A stretch of DNA of 64,000 nt from Epithemia pelagica (lineage: Eukaryota > Protista > Bacillariophyta). Under the pieces are notes generated by a model that was given only the letters and a program-made list of their open reading frames with translations, was not told where the DNA came from and ran no database searches. The stretch's first letter is position 1. Every line of letters begins with the position of its first letter. Where the stretch lies: the NCBI GenBank assembly GCA_946965045.2, contig OX337239.1:496001-560000 (forward strand), in the 5' to 3' direction. Positions 1-11,380 of this stretch are shown piece after piece. The translations under genes were made by a program, and so were the position numbers.

Positions 1-977
1 ATCAATAAGCACATGTGAGGAGTCAACTGTGTGCTGTACGGAATGCTTGCCTTAACGTCGTAAATGGATCTGAGAAACGAAACGCAACCATCCTTCGTGG
101 AGGACGAACACTCGGATCAGTATACTATATGGATTGTGTCTTGTGAATTGGTGGAGGCTTTGCAGCAAGAAAATGATTCGAACCACACCCTGGGTGTTGG
201 ATTCCTTCCCGTTGGACTGCACGAGATTCTGTGGGACCGCCGGATGATATTCGTACCAGCGATAATAGGAGGGTCAGTGTCTGTGGAAGAATGCAGTTCC
301 AAACAATGGGATTGAGACAGGATGCTTCTTCCAAACGTTGAAGTGGTGTTCTCGTTTTATAAAAACTGTCTGTGCACTACAAAACGAGTTTGCAGTCCGA
401 CTGTGCGTTTGAGTACTGGAGGCCCCCGCCACAACGATTGGAACCCATGTCCTTGACATTTTGGACTCTATCAACACTACCTACTTTGGGTGATGAACCG
501 ACGATTCGACGGTACCCGAGGAGGCCCCTTTTCATGGTCATAGGCTGTTTCTATATTATTATACGGGATGGAGTTCTCGTCTTTTTGGATAGATGGCGAA
601 TTGGCAAACTTAGTTTGTACATGAGGAAGAACTAGTCCGAACGTATGGAACGATACGTCGCATCGCCTTGTTTTGCAGTGGGCACCCACTTGTTTTCGTT
701 GCTGCATGGTAAGATGAATGTCACACAGCGAGAGAAGAGGCATTGTGCATGGCATCCTAGTGAAACAGTCGAACCACGAGTCCACAGAAGCACTGGTCCC
801 AAAGACGTGGAACTGTACTTTGCGCGGCCCATGCAAGTGACGGACTGTGTTGGATTGAGTGGGCACCCACGAGTTCTCCTTTGCTGCTGGATTTGGTGTT
901 GGATTCTTGTTGGCCAACGAGAATAAAAAATACGCAATACTGCGAATAGGATCTATCCGAGCAGTAAAATGCCACAA

Positions 978-1002
978 AGAGAGAGAGAGAGAGAGAGAGA
1001 GA
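978..1002. repeat. (AG)n microsatellite
   Basis: Uninterrupted AG dinucleotide run read directly from the sequence. Confidence 0.9.
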
Positions 1003-2235
1003 ACAGAAACAGGCGTTGGGCCAGGTAGTTGGACATGGTCTCTTGGAAAGTGTCCGTGTGGGATCCGAATCTTGGTGGGGAGAACAAAAGCACGAGTCAA
1101 CAAAAGAGGACAGGGTTGGAGAATCCAAACCAACCAGGTGGTGCGCAACCATTGTGGTTGCCGAATGGACATGAGAGAGTCTCCGCTAAAAGCTGGAACA
1201 ACCCTACCATCAAAACCAACCAACAACAATGCCTTGTATTATAGGTACACGTGACGGACCGTGAATGCAGTTCTTGGAACCAGGACTGTGTATACAAGAC
1301 GACGACGAAACACAAGAGTCATCCTGCAGCTTCTTCTTCTTTTTCTTCTTCTTGTTTCGACATTCGTACACTGTGTGTTTGGATTTTGGATGGAACACGT
1401 ATTCTATACACATGATATTTGCCAACCAAAGTTCAGATTGTGGCAACGAACTCTCGTCCGTATCGCACTCTCGTCCGGCGTCGGGGTGGACGGTTGCTCT
1501 GGGCAATAGATCAACAGGGTGTCACTTAATCGATGTTTGTATTCGCCCCACGTTTCTCCCGACTGGGCTTGCGTCTCACGTAGTATTGCCTCGTGTAGAG
1601 TTGGTCGCATTTGCTAGATAGGCCGTGACACTGACCACACACACAGCTCAACAAAAGCATCGAGCGCGGGGGATGTGTGGCTGGTCACGTTTCAAGATTT
1701 CTGGGTGACGAGAAAGAGAGGTGCAATGGAGATGATCTTTTGACTTGCTTTGTGTGTTCGAGTGCCGAAAGTTACTGTAGAATTAGTTGCTTCGTTGGTT
1801 TTGTTGCGGTGTCAAGAACAGACCGAGAGAACGAGAGATTGAATGGATTGATTGATTGATTCATTCCTTATTATACTTAGCCACGTTCCAAAATTTCATC
1901 CGCAAAAGGCAACACACAAGGACACTGAGTTGGAAGACGCAAGAGCGGGGAACACAAAGCTCTCTCCTCCAAGGTTGCCGCAAAAACAAAACCACGAACC
2001 ATAGAGAGACACGAAAACGGATTTCTATTGGTGAGACGGGAGGACGGAACCATGAGTCAATCGTCCAATCATCATGATGATAGTCATCATGGTGATCCTC
2101 CTAACAAACCATCCTCCATGACACAATCAGCATCACCAGCATCTTTTTCACCCACACTATCTCATCCATCATCTCAAGCAGCAGCCGCCACAACTACAAC
2201 AACAACAACAACAGGAGCGACGGAAGAACGCTTGT

Positions 2236-3111
2236 TTTACAAAACAACAGACCGGACATCTTCACCTCTCCCAGACTTGCTTGATCGACGCTATCCTTGA
2301 TGATCTGCGATTACCAGCGGACACAAATACTCGTGACGTGCCGGCAGCAACCACAGTGAAGATGCGCGCCGATGATGATGGGGACCCCTTTGATGGACAC
2401 TTCAACTATCGCTCGGTCATCGGGAAACTGAATTTCCTCGAGAAAAGTACACGACCTGATATATCCTACGCAGTACATCAATGTGCACGCTTTTCCGCGA
2501 ATCCAAAGCAGGTACATGGACGAGCAGTAAAGCAGATTGGGCGCTACCTCGCTGGTACACGGTCACGAGGACTAGTGCTCAAACCACAGGACAAAGAAAA
2601 TTTCGACGTTTATGCCGATGCCGATTTTTGTGGCAACTTCAACAAGACAGAAATACCACGATCAGACATGGCCCGATCCCGTTCCCGATATGTCATCTTT
2701 TATGGAGGTTGTCCCATAGTGTGGGCATCAAAGTTACAGTCCGAGATTGCACTGTCCACAACGGAAGCGGAAATTATCAGCCTCTCTACTTCATAGCGTA
2801 CAGTCATTCCACTTATGAACATTACGAAAGAGATGAAATCACTCGGCTTCCCTGTCCTGTCAACACAACCCAGAGTACATTGTCGAGCTTTTGAAGACAA
2901 TAACGGAGCTTACGAATTGGCTACGGTCTATAAGTATCGACCACGCACGCGATACCTCTGTACCAAGCTATTTCATTTCAAGTCCTATGTCGAGAAGAAA
3001 GAGATTACGATCCTCCCTTGCGATACGGAGTTGCAGACCGCGGATATCTTTACCAAAGCACTGGATAAAGAGACGTTCGAGCGGCATCGCACGCGTATTA
3101 TGGGCTGGTAG
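2236..3111 (+). pseudogene. 5'-truncated Ty1/Copia pol remnant (RT C-terminus plus RNase H)
   Basis: Motifs YRSVIGKLNFL, TRPDISYAVHQCARF, VYADADF, WASKLQSEIALSTTEAE, FEDNNGA and QTADIFTK. In-frame TAG at 2794-2796, after which the same frame continues to stop 3111. No gag, integrase or 5' LTR upstream. Confidence 0.93.
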
Positions 3112-3137
3112 TCAGATTTTCACGCTGCGTGAGGGAG

Positions 3138-3591
3138 TGTTCGAATATTGTACATGCGGGCATATGTAACTGATGGGGACCTTGGGGGACCGCAGACGCA
3201 AACCTCATGACTCCATTAGGCCCAACGCATCATCGAACCGCCTTTCACAAAATGCAAAACGACGGACGATGGATCCAGGCGACGATGCCTATGTAACGAT
3301 CGACAATGCCTATGTAACGATTGTCGTTCTTAAGGACGGGATCCCATGACCATTGTCATAACGGTCCATGGCCCTAAGTGAATCAGAAGATACTTAGAGG
3401 CAGCGATATCCCACGAACGGTGGCAGGCCCGTCCATAACACATCTCGTCGCCCAAATTGGTGACATAACGTCTCCACCAACGATTCAACGCATCGATGAC
3501 AGTAGGGAACGGAGACGTAGTACCTAACACCGTAGACACACAATTTTGCAACAAGAGTCCTTTTCTTTACTCGCTAGTAAGGAAAACAACA
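3138..3591 (+). mobile_element. Probable 3' LTR of the truncated Copia element
   Basis: Purine tract GAGGGAG (3131-3137) is followed by TGTTCG at 3138. The segment ends near ...AAAACAACA (3588-3591), where Kelch homology begins. Contains a 21-bp tandem duplication (GAC(G/A)ATGCCTATGTAACGAT, about 3281-3322). The right end is approximate because no partner LTR is present. Confidence 0.6.
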
Positions 3592-3768
3592 CACGACCGT
3601 CTGTCCATTGTTGTTGTTGTCCTGATCGGGATGATCCAGTACGACCGAAGCATTATGCGAACGCCATCCACCTTTGAGAGGAGGCCAATCGTTTACATTC
3701 CATTCTGCTCTCTCGTCGAAAAGGACAAGGCCCGACTGCCATGCTCGTTCTTTCAGTGGCGTGTCCAT
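3590..3768 (-). pseudogene. Truncated inverted paralog of the Kelch gene 5' end
   Basis: Translates MDTPLKERAWQSGLVLFDERAEWNVNDWPPLKGGWRSHNASVVLDH...TVV, matching the N-terminus of 4862-6019. Homology stops at the LTR junction. Confidence 0.85.
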
Positions 3769-4264
3769 GGTTCCAAACAGTGACTGCAGAATAAATGAGG
3801 ATCGAGACTCTGTATTGTGCGAGGGTCGTGGGTTTGCTGCTCCTGTGATGCGGATGGATGCGGACTGGAAGCACGACTGACTTGACGAAACGGATGGATC
3901 GAAACACGAGCGATCGTCGCGAGACAGATATGGACCGCAACAGTCCCACAAAACCACATATATTCTATGAATTCGGAATACCACCGTGGAGGTGTTTGGA
4001 TGATATCGAACACAAACTCCTCACGGCGAGACTGACAACCACTGATGTGGGATCCGAAAATGAGGGGCGATCCAAGAGATGAAGTGGGGGCCTCCAGAAT
4101 GTAGGGGCGGCATCTCGGTTTGGGGGATGGTATCTTTTTCGTACATTCTCGATCCATCTCACCTTCTTATTACGTATGCGTATGGGTTCTCCCTCGGATC
4201 CTCGGCTCTTGACTCATGTCTGGGGACGTCAAGCCTTATTGCTCCTTCGAAAGACCTTTGAGGT

Positions 4265-4580
4265 TGACACCACGATGCACAGTACTAGGACAGGACGAAA
4301 CTGAGCTGAGCCAGTACCACGAGAACGACCGGCACCCGTCATGCTGGACTCCGAGGCATTGCGCCGAAGACCAGCAGTACTAGCAGGATGGAACAACAAC
4401 TGGTCAAGTCACCCTGGAACATTTACTACGACCGACACATGCACTGTCCAATTTAAACAAGTTTCTCGCCATGTCTCCATCCACGGCCTGTGCAGTGTCG
4501 GCGCTCGGTATTTGGTGGGAACCAACAACCAGACAGACTGCGGAGCCTTCCTTGCATGATTGTTGGAGTATAGTACTCTA
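4265..4580 (+). repeat. Dispersed degenerate repeat, copy 1 (partner at about 8388-9090)
   Basis: Shares blocks with the 8.4-9.1 kb region, including ATGCT(G/C)GACTC(C/G)GA, CAGGATGGAACAACA and GGGAACCAACAACCAGACAGACTG(C/T)GGAGC. Confidence 0.7.
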
Positions 4581-4861
4581 TATACCGCCCATGGCAAGTG
4601 GCATAACAACCACAAACTGACTGGAACGAATCGCGCCAATTCTGACATTTTTGTTCTGCGACTCGTGTGAGGATACCACAGTGGTTGTTTGTCTCGCCGT
4701 GAGGGTGCAATCGCTCGTGTTGATATCCATCTATTTCGTCAAGTCAGTCGTGCTTCCAGTCCGCACCCATCAGAGCAGCAGCAAGGAGCAGCAAACCCAA
4801 GAACCTCTCACAATACAGTGTGTCTTGATTCTCATAAATTCTGCAGTCAACGTTCGGAACC

Positions 4862-6019
4862 ATGACAATGACGCTACAAGAACAAGCATGGCAGTCGGGG
4901 CTTGTCCTTTTGGACGAGAAAGCAGAATGGAATGAAAACGATTGGCCTCCTCTTGTGGGTGGATGGCGTTCGCTTCATGCATCGGTTGTACTCGATCATA
5001 CGGTCGTCGTGTTGGGTGGATACAAACATTTGCAAGAGAATGTCAATTCCGTTCTTGTATTGAATTTAGCTAAACCAGACAAGCAGTGGCGACAAGGGCC
5101 ATCCATGAACAAGAAACGTTCTGGACATGCCGCTGTTGTGTGCAACGGAGGTATATACGTGATGGGAGGATTCAATGGATATTCAATGTTGGATTGTATG
5201 GAGCAAATTGATGCCAACGATTTGCTACAACCATTGTCGACATCAAGCATGACGCATGAGAGTCATTGGACGAAATTGAAATGTCGATTATCAACTGGAC
5301 GAAATGGATGTTGTGCCGTTACGGTGAAGAATCGATACATTGTTGTACTGGGGGGATGGGATGGAGGGCACAACTTGTCGTCGGATATCATTGATACCAG
5401 CAATCACACTGTCATTTCGGGACCAAATATGAACGTTCCACGTATATGGTGTGCCAGTGCGGTCGTTGGCCACCGCATCTTTGTCGTTGGAGGCTCGACA
5501 GTAGAGTATTTGGACTTTGGAAAGCCTAGTGACAATGCGGAGAGAAACGACACTCTGTCTACATTCATTTCCTCCTTGTCTGGTTGGACGACTCACTCTG
5601 ATCTGGTACTTTCGGCCTCGCGAGATTCTTCTTGTGCAGTGGTTACCGTGGGATCCTGTCTGGTGGTGGCGGGAGACCATCAAACTGTGGAAATCTTGGA
5701 TACGCATCACAACCGAATGTGGAATTTCCCACCATTCCGCAATGTCGTTGATAACTGCAGTATGGTGACTGTAGCCGATCAAGTTGCCGTGATTGGTGGA
5801 TGGAATAGTCCATCCTGTGCGACATTACCACTCATGGACAAGAGTACGTGGTGCTTTCGTCAACTTTGTGAGCAGCCTCGGATTGAATGGTATCATTGTC
5901 TGGAAAGATCGGGCAACGAAGATGTCAATGATACATCCTGCACCATCTCGTCGTCGACTCTAAAACGATTGAGGACCTTTGATTACTGTGATTGTGACAA
6001 CGAGGACGATGGCAGTTGA
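4862..6019 (+). CDS. Kelch-repeat beta-propeller protein (385 aa)
   Basis: Repeated hydrophobic-GG Kelch motifs: VVVLGGY, IYVMGGFNG, IVVLGGWDG, IFVVGG, VAVIGG. Uninterrupted ORF. Confidence 0.9.
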   Translation: MTMTLQEQAWQSGLVLLDEKAEWNENDWPPLVGGWRSLHASVVLDHTVVVLGGYKHLQENVNSVLVLNLAKPDKQWRQGPSMNKKRSGHAAVVCNGGIYVMGGFNGYSMLDCMEQIDANDLLQPLSTSSMTHESHWTKLKCRLSTGRNGCCAVTVKNRYIVVLGGWDGGHNLSSDIIDTSNHTVISGPNMNVPRIWCASAVVGHRIFVVGGSTVEYLDFGKPSDNAERNDTLSTFISSLSGWTTHSDLVLSASRDSSCAVVTVGSCLVVAGDHQTVEILDTHHNRMWNFPPFRNVVDNCSMVTVADQVAVIGGWNSPSCATLPLMDKSTWCFRQLCEQPRIEWYHCLERSGNEDVNDTSCTISSSTLKRLRTFDYCDCDNEDDGS

Positions 6020-6126
6020 AATGTGCAACAGCTTGCACGGCCAAGGGCCCGGAAACTATATCATGGGCCATTATACTCTCATACAATACAGGAGATCGTG
6101 GCAGTTCTTAATTATATATTTTTAGG

Positions 6127-6909
6127 TTAAGTTATTCGACAGCAAGTTCTTACATGTTTGAAGCACCACCTTATAGCATATGACCGCACATGAATTTCTT
6201 TCCGATGCGATGGCGTCTGTGACAGTCGAACCCATCCGCCATGGTCAGCTATCCTTGTAGCAAATAATGAGATGTTACAGCGTCTGCTGTCATTTCTGGC
6301 AATCACACTTGGGTGGATGGCCATAGTAGCGCTCCTCTCTTTGGTGTTGAATCTCTCTGGTCTTGAATAGAATGAATCATCTTTCGACGGTTTTTGATGG
6401 TCTCGTTGCATCTTTGGGACGTGGAAGGAACGGCCTGAATTCAGAAAGAGAACCAAACGGGATGCCTCTTCAAACGGGATGCCTGTTGTGCATGCGAGGA
6501 TTTTGTTGTTTTGGTGCTGCTGGTGGATAGAGACTCCTGATTTTACAGCTCTTGCCGTGCTCTCCTTCATGATAGAGTTTTTGGGTGTTGTTGTCATTAT
6601 TGTAGCGCAATCGAAGGACTGTGTGGTCTTTGCTCCTTGGCTCCATGAACTTTGCTCGCTTCCACCACGCACCATGAGAGTCTCCATATCTGTCCGTGCC
6701 TTGGTTTGGCGTGTGGCTATGTTCGATGAATCGCGGACAAAATGACGAAACGGGTGGATCCAAAGGTCCGATGCTGATGCATCATACCAAATGGGCATTG
6801 TAGATGTCGTTGTAGTGGTGCCATTGTCGCTTTTGACTCGTGTTTTGTTCTTATGAAGGGTCATCGTTGGTTCCTCTTTCTTGGTGTCAATGTCTTTGCG
6901 GAGCCCCAA
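6127..6909 (-). other. Unassigned 260-codon ORF, possibly a decayed gene
   Basis: Long ORF with no recognised domain. An upstream ATG (MTTTTTSRLFG...) lies in another frame, suggesting a frameshift. Confidence 0.3.
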
Positions 6910-8387
6910 ATCTGTCGACGCGGTAAATATAAGGCGATGCTACAATTCCCAAGGCTGTGCTGGTGGTGGCCCTTGTTCCAAATAACCGACTGGTTGTGGT
7001 TGTTGTCATTTTGTCTACAAGTTATTGATGCGTCGATCGAAACCATTCATTTGCTAATATTGAAAATAGCAAGAAGGAGGACAAAACAGGATGCCTGTTG
7101 TGCGCTGGCGCAATTTCGCTGTTGGGTGTAGTCCTGATAATCGTAGTGCAGTCGAGTGACAACATGGTTTGCTCCTGTCCGCCACAAACCATGGGTTTTG
7201 ACATCTGTTCGTGCACCTTATTTAGCTTGGCTCATGGTCATGTCCGATGAATCCGACAAAAGAACGTCTCCACACTTCTCCTCCTCCTTCTTATTGCAAT
7301 GAACGTTGCCATTGAACGATGATGTGTGGGGAAACCGAAGTGTGGTTGGTGTGTAGAGGACGGATCATCACCAGTGCACTTGTGTTGATGATTGATTAAG
7401 GTACTGGCGGAGGATTCTTGTTATCATGATGGCTTTTCGCGGTCCGTGCAAGGGTGCTTCTTCTTGGAAATCCTGGGGCGACAACGCGATCCTTTTCTTT
7501 GATTCATTCTTCAGTACTCCAATCGGACGAGGAGGGAGTGGAACTGTGCTCGGTACTTTGATCCGTACTGTTGCGCTTCTCGTCATTGGCGCGATTACAT
7601 GCTAGGTCCGACTTGAAGCCTCTTGGAGCATTCGATGCGAACATGACGACGTCCCCATTCATCGGAAAATTTGTCGCTCTCCCCCAAGCAGTGCCGTCAT
7701 AGATATTTCGGCTCCCCGCAAGGCGATTGCAGGTGGCTTTTCCACGCCATTCTGGTTTCGTCAACGCAAATTCAAACCTTCTTCTTCACCATTGACGGGT
7801 GATCCGTCGAGATGATTCTTTGCACCGACTGTGCAAAAGATACGCACAGAGCGCAAAAAGATATTGGGATTTGGGGGGGGGGGGGTGAACTCAAAAGAGG
7901 GCATGTTCGCCCCCCTTTCATGAACGGCGCGATCAATGATCGACCGTCCGTCCTCCGTACGTGGTGGAGCTCGAGTTCACCATGACCATGACACTGAAAG
8001 AAAAAGCAGGAGAGTCGTCGTGGCTTTTCGTATCGAGTGATCGTTACATATGAAACAAGACGAGACAGAAAAGAGCAGAGCCTGTGGATCTGGACAAGAC
8101 GTTCTGGTGATTGTTCGACAGGAAGACGACGTCGGACCAGAACCGTCGTCAAAAAGACAATTTACGATGATGAATGTTGCTGTGCTCGTCCGTATGTCTC
8201 GAGTTTCCAACCAAAGCATGCAGATTGCAAGGCTGAATCATAGGTTCCTTCACTACATGCTCGTCCGTCTCAACCTGCCGGTGCTTCTAGTAAAACGCAC
8301 CGAACCAGCTTGCAATGGCCACCGTTTGCATGGCTACCATGTCAGCAGCATGAAACAGACCTGGTTTTTGTATTGAAGCTTGCTGAG

Positions 8388-9090
8388 AGGCACCACAACG
8401 GACAGTACTGACAGTACGAACATTTTAGGGCGACAAAACTGTGCCACTATCACGACAACGACAGGCACCACAATCATGCTCGACTCGGATGCGTTTCGCC
8501 ATTGATGGAAGAAGAGCCATGTCAACAAAAGCGGCAACAACAATGTCCTTTTCATGGTGTGCATTCATTCATCAAGTGCAAGAAGAAGGGAGAAGAAAGG
8601 TCCAAGCATTGGAAGAATCGTCTCATAAGTGGCAGATTCACCAGTGAGACCACAGCATGATGACAGGATCATGTTGTCTGAATCTAAGGGCAACGCACAA
8701 TGTTGTGGAAGAAGCCATGAAGGTCAATGTGGAATCACACAGGTGGACCTTTTGTCAATGTTGCAGAACCAACAAGGCCAATGGCCTCTGGCCAAGTACC
8801 ATACACAAGTAGCAGGATGGAACAACACCAGGTCGAATCACCTAGTCCAACACTGAGGCCTTTAACTGACGACCAGTAGTACTCACAGGATGGAACAACA
8901 CGACACTGCCAACAACAATCGATCGAATCACCGTCGAATTCAAGCAACTTCCTTCCCCGACTTGCAATACTACCCATGTCTCTCTTAATCCACGGCCTCT
9001 GCAGTCTTGTTGCTTTTTTGTTGGGAACCAACAACCAGACAGACTGTGGAGCGTTTTCATTGCATAATTGTAACACGACACTACAGTACT
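8388..9090 (+). repeat. Dispersed degenerate repeat, copy 2, interrupted by about 370 bp
   Basis: Same blocks as 4265-4580 in the same order and orientation. CAGGATGGAACAACA occurs twice (about 8814 and 8886). Confidence 0.65.
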
Positions 9091-9365
9091 CTACATTGCG
9101 CAACGTGTTAGGATTCCCCAGCCGTTAATGATGATTGTGATGATTGCGGCCCAGTCGTTGTTGTCAGGGTGGACAACCCCAGGGCCAACATTGTTCCTCT
9201 GTTCGTCCATCAACTCAATGAAGATTGTTGCTACCACCAAGCACAAGGAGATCAAGTCAACTATATTGCGCCACGTGTTAGGATTCCCCAGCCGTTAATG
9301 ATGATTGCGATGATTCCAGCCCCGTAGTTGCTGTCAGGGTGGACAACCCCAGGGCCAAAACGGTC
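9091..9365. repeat. Direct duplication of about 105 bp (9091-9197 and 9261-9365)
   Basis: Both copies contain ACGTGTTAGGATTCCCCAGCCGTTAATGATGATTG...GTCAGGGTGGACAACCCCAGGGCCAA. Period is 170 bp. Confidence 0.9.
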
Positions 9366-11002
9366 ACGAGGGCCGTCGTGGCCATCCACACTTGATCGCC
9401 GTGTTCTTGCGCCTGTCGTGCCGGATCCATTTTGCTGGTCTTGTTGCTAGTAGCATTGGAAGTCGCCGCCCGTGTGCTGCGGGTCGAGGGATGGAACGAC
9501 GACGACGACGAGTTGTGATTATTAGTGTTCGGGGGAACCAGCACTCTGGGTGTCATCATGGATGGTACGGCCGCTTCCGACAACAAGGGCGCCCAGGATT
9601 GGACCGGCACGGACGATTGCGCCACGTGTTGGAGCGCTTGCTCCAACCACGCATTGCTTTGTTGGTTCTGGTTGGATACAACAGTTGCTGTTGGTGGCGC
9701 TTGACAATATATATTGTGGGCATTGACCCAATTGTTGTGATACCAAGTGCTCATGGTTCGAGTCGTCGTTGTTGTCGTTGGTTCAGTCGTCGTCGTAACG
9801 TCTCCAAACCCCAATTCCCTCCAGACCGACTCGACAAATTCCATCAAGAGGCGGTTGGAATTGGAAGTGTTGTTGTTCATGGTAGTAGTATGGTCTTGCT
9901 GTTGTTGCTCAGGCATCAAGAGTGTGACCAAATGGACATTGGTTCGGGCCTGCATCAAATGATCCCAGAGTAGGAGTTGCAGTTTGGTCCTCCTCTCGGA
10001 TTTTCTCTTGCGGAGATATCGTGCCACAAACTGATAATGATCTTGTACTCGCGCCAATGTTGTGGCAATCCAATCTTCCTGTTCGTGCAGGGACACGTGA
10101 TGTAATTGTGCCAGGGCCACGGACCGTTCCCACCACGTGGCCAAACGACCACTCCACCAATTCCGCCACCAGCCATTTGACCCACCATAATAGTGACCCT
10201 GATACGCAGCCCGTGCTTGCAGTGCATGCCATCCATACCAAGCGACAGGATCGGCATAGTGCAAGGCTTGAAAGGATGGCTTTAAAACGGACGACAAGGA
10301 CTGTTGGACCATCCACTCGTCATCATCATCATGGTTGTCCTTGTCATCGTCGTTGCTTGTTTCGTTCGAAGAATACCATTGGTACACATGATCCACGATC
10401 CGTTGTTGAGATCCTCCCACCACGACACGGCAACTACTACTATTACTCGTACTACTCGTAGTCCACTCCACCAAGCAGGGCAAGGGACCGGTCCATTCCA
10501 CCACGGCATGCGGAATATTCACCACTACATGAGCAATGTGACCGCTTCGCAAGGCGGCTTGGACGGCCCATGCCGGTCGGTGTTGCAGGACAATCACCAT
10601 GGTCGTACTACTTGTCGTTGAACTAGCAGTGGTCCTTGTGGAATTCTGGGACTGCGGCTGTTCTGGCAGTGGCACCAAGGCCAAAGGCACGAAATCGGTC
10701 ACACGGGTATCCACAACGCCCCACGATACGACTGTCTTGCTCTTGTTCGTGTCACTGCTGTTTCTTGATTCTTGCGGACGGCATTCCCACACTTCGGTAA
10801 AGCCTGGACGACGACCAGAATGATCGTTGTCCATCTCGTGCTCGATGTAGGATCGATCGCCATGCCAATTGTACACCAGACCGGCCAAACTGGCTGGACC
10901 GTACCAACCCAACCGATTCCACACAATACGGTTCCATGACCGAGACGACGACGACGGTGACGATGATGCGGAAGAGGAGGAAGAAGAGGATGAGGATGAC
11001 AT
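9278..11002 (-). CDS. Hypothetical protein (about 574 aa)
   Basis: Long single ORF from the first ATG at 11002 (MSSSSS...). Ordered W/H-rich segments are separated by low-complexity S/T/N runs. No family recognised. Confidence 0.7.
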   Translation of the reverse strand: MSSSSSSSSSSASSSPSSSSRSWNRIVWNRLGWYGPASLAGLVYNWHGDRSYIEHEMDNDHSGRRPGFTEVWECRPQESRNSSDTNKSKTVVSWGVVDTRVTDFVPLALVPLPEQPQSQNSTRTTASSTTSSTTMVIVLQHRPAWAVQAALRSGHIAHVVVNIPHAVVEWTGPLPCLVEWTTSSTSNSSSCRVVVGGSQQRIVDHVYQWYSSNETSNDDDKDNHDDDDEWMVQQSLSSVLKPSFQALHYADPVAWYGWHALQARAAYQGHYYGGSNGWWRNWWSGRLATWWERSVALAQLHHVSLHEQEDWIATTLARVQDHYQFVARYLRKRKSERRTKLQLLLWDHLMQARTNVHLVTLLMPEQQQQDHTTTMNNNTSNSNRLLMEFVESVWRELGFGDVTTTTEPTTTTTTRTMSTWYHNNWVNAHNIYCQAPPTATVVSNQNQQSNAWLEQALQHVAQSSVPVQSWAPLLSEAAVPSMMTPRVLVPPNTNNHNSSSSSFHPSTRSTRAATSNATSNKTSKMDPARQAQEHGDQVWMATTALVTVLALGLSTLTATTGLESSQSSLTAGES

Positions 11003-11380
11003 GATGTGGATGATGAGGAGGGATGGAACCCTGAAGAGAAAGTGTGTCAACTGTCAACTGTTAACCGACTTCACAAAGATCCACAATCATTGCGATGGAT
11101 CTTTGAACCGTCTGTCCATCGCTTAGCTCTCCAGATCTATTCGGCGGTCGCTCCTTCGTAGTGACGTCATCCTCTGGTTGACGTTTGACATCTTGACCAA
11201 TGTCCTATTTCGTCCGTCCTTCGGTCCTGCCAAAAACATGCTCTGGCAGAATTTCGTCGCGGTCGTCCACACAACCACAAGAAGAACACAACGACAACTC
11301 TCTTCTTGACTCTTTTGAAGCACACTCTGGGTTTGGACAGTCGGTCGATCTCTCTTTGGTGCTCTTTCTCTTGTGGATTC

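Noticed and set aside
1-1900. ORFs at the window start, including 477-1229
   Set aside because: They run through GA and CTT microsatellites and contain no recognisable domain.
7240-8380. Short minus-strand ORFs as a possible decayed gene
   Set aside because: No frame gave a recognisable motif and all frames contain stops.
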